A stretch of 64,000 bases of DNA, from NCBI RefSeq assembly GCF_006345805.1, contig NC_043010.1, forward strand, positions 55,924,001 to 55,988,000. The letters run 5' to 3'. The notes under the pieces were generated by a model, which was not told the origin of the DNA, searched no databases, and was given only the letters and a program-made list of their open reading frames with translations. Below are positions 61,756 through 64,000 of this stretch, one piece after another (position 1 is the first letter of the stretch; the number at the start of each line of letters is the position of its first letter). The position numbers were made by a program, and so were the translations under genes. The stretch comes from Octopus sinensis. Its lineage: Eukaryota.

Positions 61756-62441
61756 TATTCAAAGGCGTGGTACGTAAAGACGTGTGAGGTGCGCCGAGTT
61801 ATCAGAAATAATTATGTACACACATATACACGAACTCTCATAAACACGCTCACACGTACATATATATATGTATATCCCTTATGTGCAGTGTGTGTGTATG
61901 AGTGTATCACACACACACACACACACACACACGAATGTATGTATATATATATCTATGTATATGTAAAAGAAAATCCGAGGAGAGTAATGGTGGTCTGCGC
62001 CGGCAGGAAACTTGTGTTTATTGGCATTGCATATGTGTGTCTTTATGTGTGTGTGTGTTTATGTGTGTGTGTGTTTATGTGTGTGTGTGTGTTTATGTGT
62101 GTGTGTGTGTTTGAGTATTTAACCTTGGTGCATTTGTGTTGAATACAATTGAACCAAAATAAACCACGGATAAATGAGATGGAAATAATCTACATTGGAG
62201 GCGAACCCTCAACCCCACTGGCAATGTTTTATATAACACACCATTTGTGTGTGTGTGTGTGTGTGTGTAACAGCCTCTTATTGTGTGAGGCTGTGTATAT
62301 AAGAATACATATATATTTATATATTAACGTCTTTCACTCTTGGCGAGTGTTGGTTGAATGTGTCTATATTATATATGTATGTATACACACACACACTTAA
62401 CATCTAACTTGAACATATATGAATATGTATGCATCATAGGA

Positions 62442-62444
<3 letters not shown>

Positions 62445-62517
<73 letters not shown>

Positions 62518-62520
62518 GTA

Positions 62521-62595
<75 letters not shown>
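62445..62595. repeat. (ATCT)n / GATA tetranucleotide satellite
   Basis: Direct reading; a shorter tract at about 44685-44715. Confidence 0.95.
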
Positions 62596-62597
<2 letters not shown>

Positions 62598-62634
62598 CTC
62601 TCTCTATATATATATATAATATATATATATATCA

Positions 62635-62920
62635 CCGTGACCGACCAGGCCATCAGATGTTGCTACACATCGCTGGTCACAATGCGCTTCGCATTGTTTT
62701 AGTCTTCAAATGACGCCACCCCGCTGGCTAAGCGAGCAGGCCAACAGAAGAAAGACTGAGAGAAAGTTGTGGCGAAAGAGTACAGCAGGGATCGCCACCA
62801 CCCCCTGCCGGAGCCTCGTGGAGCTTTAGGTGTTTTCGCTCAATAAACACTCACAACGCCCGGTCTGGGAATCCTACGACCGCGAGTCCGCTTCCCTAAC
62901 CACTAGGCCATTGCACCTCC
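62635..62920 (-). mobile_element. tRNA-derived SINE (family D)
   Basis: Minus strand ggaggtgcaatggcctagtggttaggg A-box head followed by a non-tRNA body; flanked by (TA)n. Confidence 0.75.
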
Positions 62921-62954
62921 ATATATATATATATTATATATATATATATATATA

Positions 62955-64000
62955 CTAGCTGAAGGTGACCCGCTCTACGCGCGGGTAAGAGTATGGGTGT
63001 TACTTTCTGTTGCTTCCTTTCAGCACGTAAAAAGCACCATCCGAACGTGGCCGATTGCATCACCGCCTTGACTTGCTTCTGTGCCGCTGGCACGTAAAAA
63101 GCACCAACCGATCGTTGCCACTGCGAGCCCCCCTGGCACCAGTGCCGGCGGCACGAAAAAAGCACTCACTACACTCACAGAGTGGTTGGCGTTAGGAAGG
63201 TCATCCACCTGTAGAAACACTGCCAGATCAGACTGGAGCCTGGTGCAGCCTCCTGGCTTCCGAGACCCCGGTCACACTGCCCAACCCGTGCTAGCACGGA
63301 AAACGGACGTTAAACGATGATGATGATTCTCCGTATTTGTTTCTCTCTCCTTTCTCTCTCACTTTCCCACTCTCTTACTTTTCTTTTCTCTCGGACTCTC
63401 CCTCGCTTTCTCTTACTCTCTATCTTTATCTATCTCTCTCCCATTTATAAACAACAGAAGATCTTGAGTAAGTTGAGAAATAAAATATTTAGAAAGATCA
63501 ATCAGAAATATGAGGCAGTGGCAATGGAAAGGTCTGCTTCAAGGCAGACAGCAAAACGCTAACATTTAAAAGGGACAGACGAACTTGCGAGCTGAATAAA
63601 AATAATAAAATATTGGAAACCAAAGTTTGAAGGGATAGAATCTGAGGATAGTAGAGTCACCATGGCTGGCATTTGTTAACGACGGACAGCAACATATTGT
63701 CAGTTTAACGGCTGGCGTAAAATTTTGAACTTGATGTAAAAGAAAATTCGTAAACACCACGTTTTGAAGTGATTCTTTCTCACGACAGTAGACTCACCAT
63801 GGCAAGCATTCAAAACTTCTTTATCATGGACGGCAACACATTGACGATTAAAAGGCTGGCGCAAATTTTTTAGCTTGATGTAACAGACAATTCCTAAACA
63901 CCCACTCCTAGAAATTTTAATCCCCTTCCAGCCCCATTTAGACCCCTTTTCACATTTTGGTTAATATAACCCGATTTCATTCGGGTCTACTGGGGCCACA
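62955..64000 (-). mobile_element. Non-autonomous Helitron, copy 2 (runs off the window end)
   Basis: Same CTAG terminus (62955) and hairpin as copy 1; colinear with 39935-40981, about 93-95% identical by eye; different flank. Confidence 0.85.

Overview
Repeat-dominated, AT-rich animal genomic DNA with no prokaryotic features. The dense (TA)n/(CA)n/(GA)n/(TAA)n microsatellites and the SINE/LINE/Penelope repertoire fit an octopod cephalopod best (inference, not verified). One host gene is supportable: three + strand exons (9385-9501, 16990-17131, 17702-17827) splice in frame into an SH2 domain whose canonical phosphotyrosine-binding FLVR arginine is replaced by Tyr; its upstream exons were not found. 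The rest is transposon-derived: three mariner relics, RTE, CR1/Jockey-like, Tx1/L1 and R4/Dong-type LINEs, Penelope-like elements, several tRNA-derived SINE families, two foldback DNA elements with 8-bp target duplications (one carrying TTAGGG repeats) and two copies of a non-autonomous Helitron. A 100-N assembly gap lies at 41354-41453. The strongest finding is a small ORF-less element at 56002-56608: a 352-nt, highly structured, partially tandem unit containing an intact canonical type I hammerhead ribozyme (retrozyme-like), with a near-perfect inverted copy starting 5 nt from the predicted cleavage site. Several other degenerate hammerhead motifs occur in unrelated repeats. Identities and alignments quoted were made by eye; no database searches were run.
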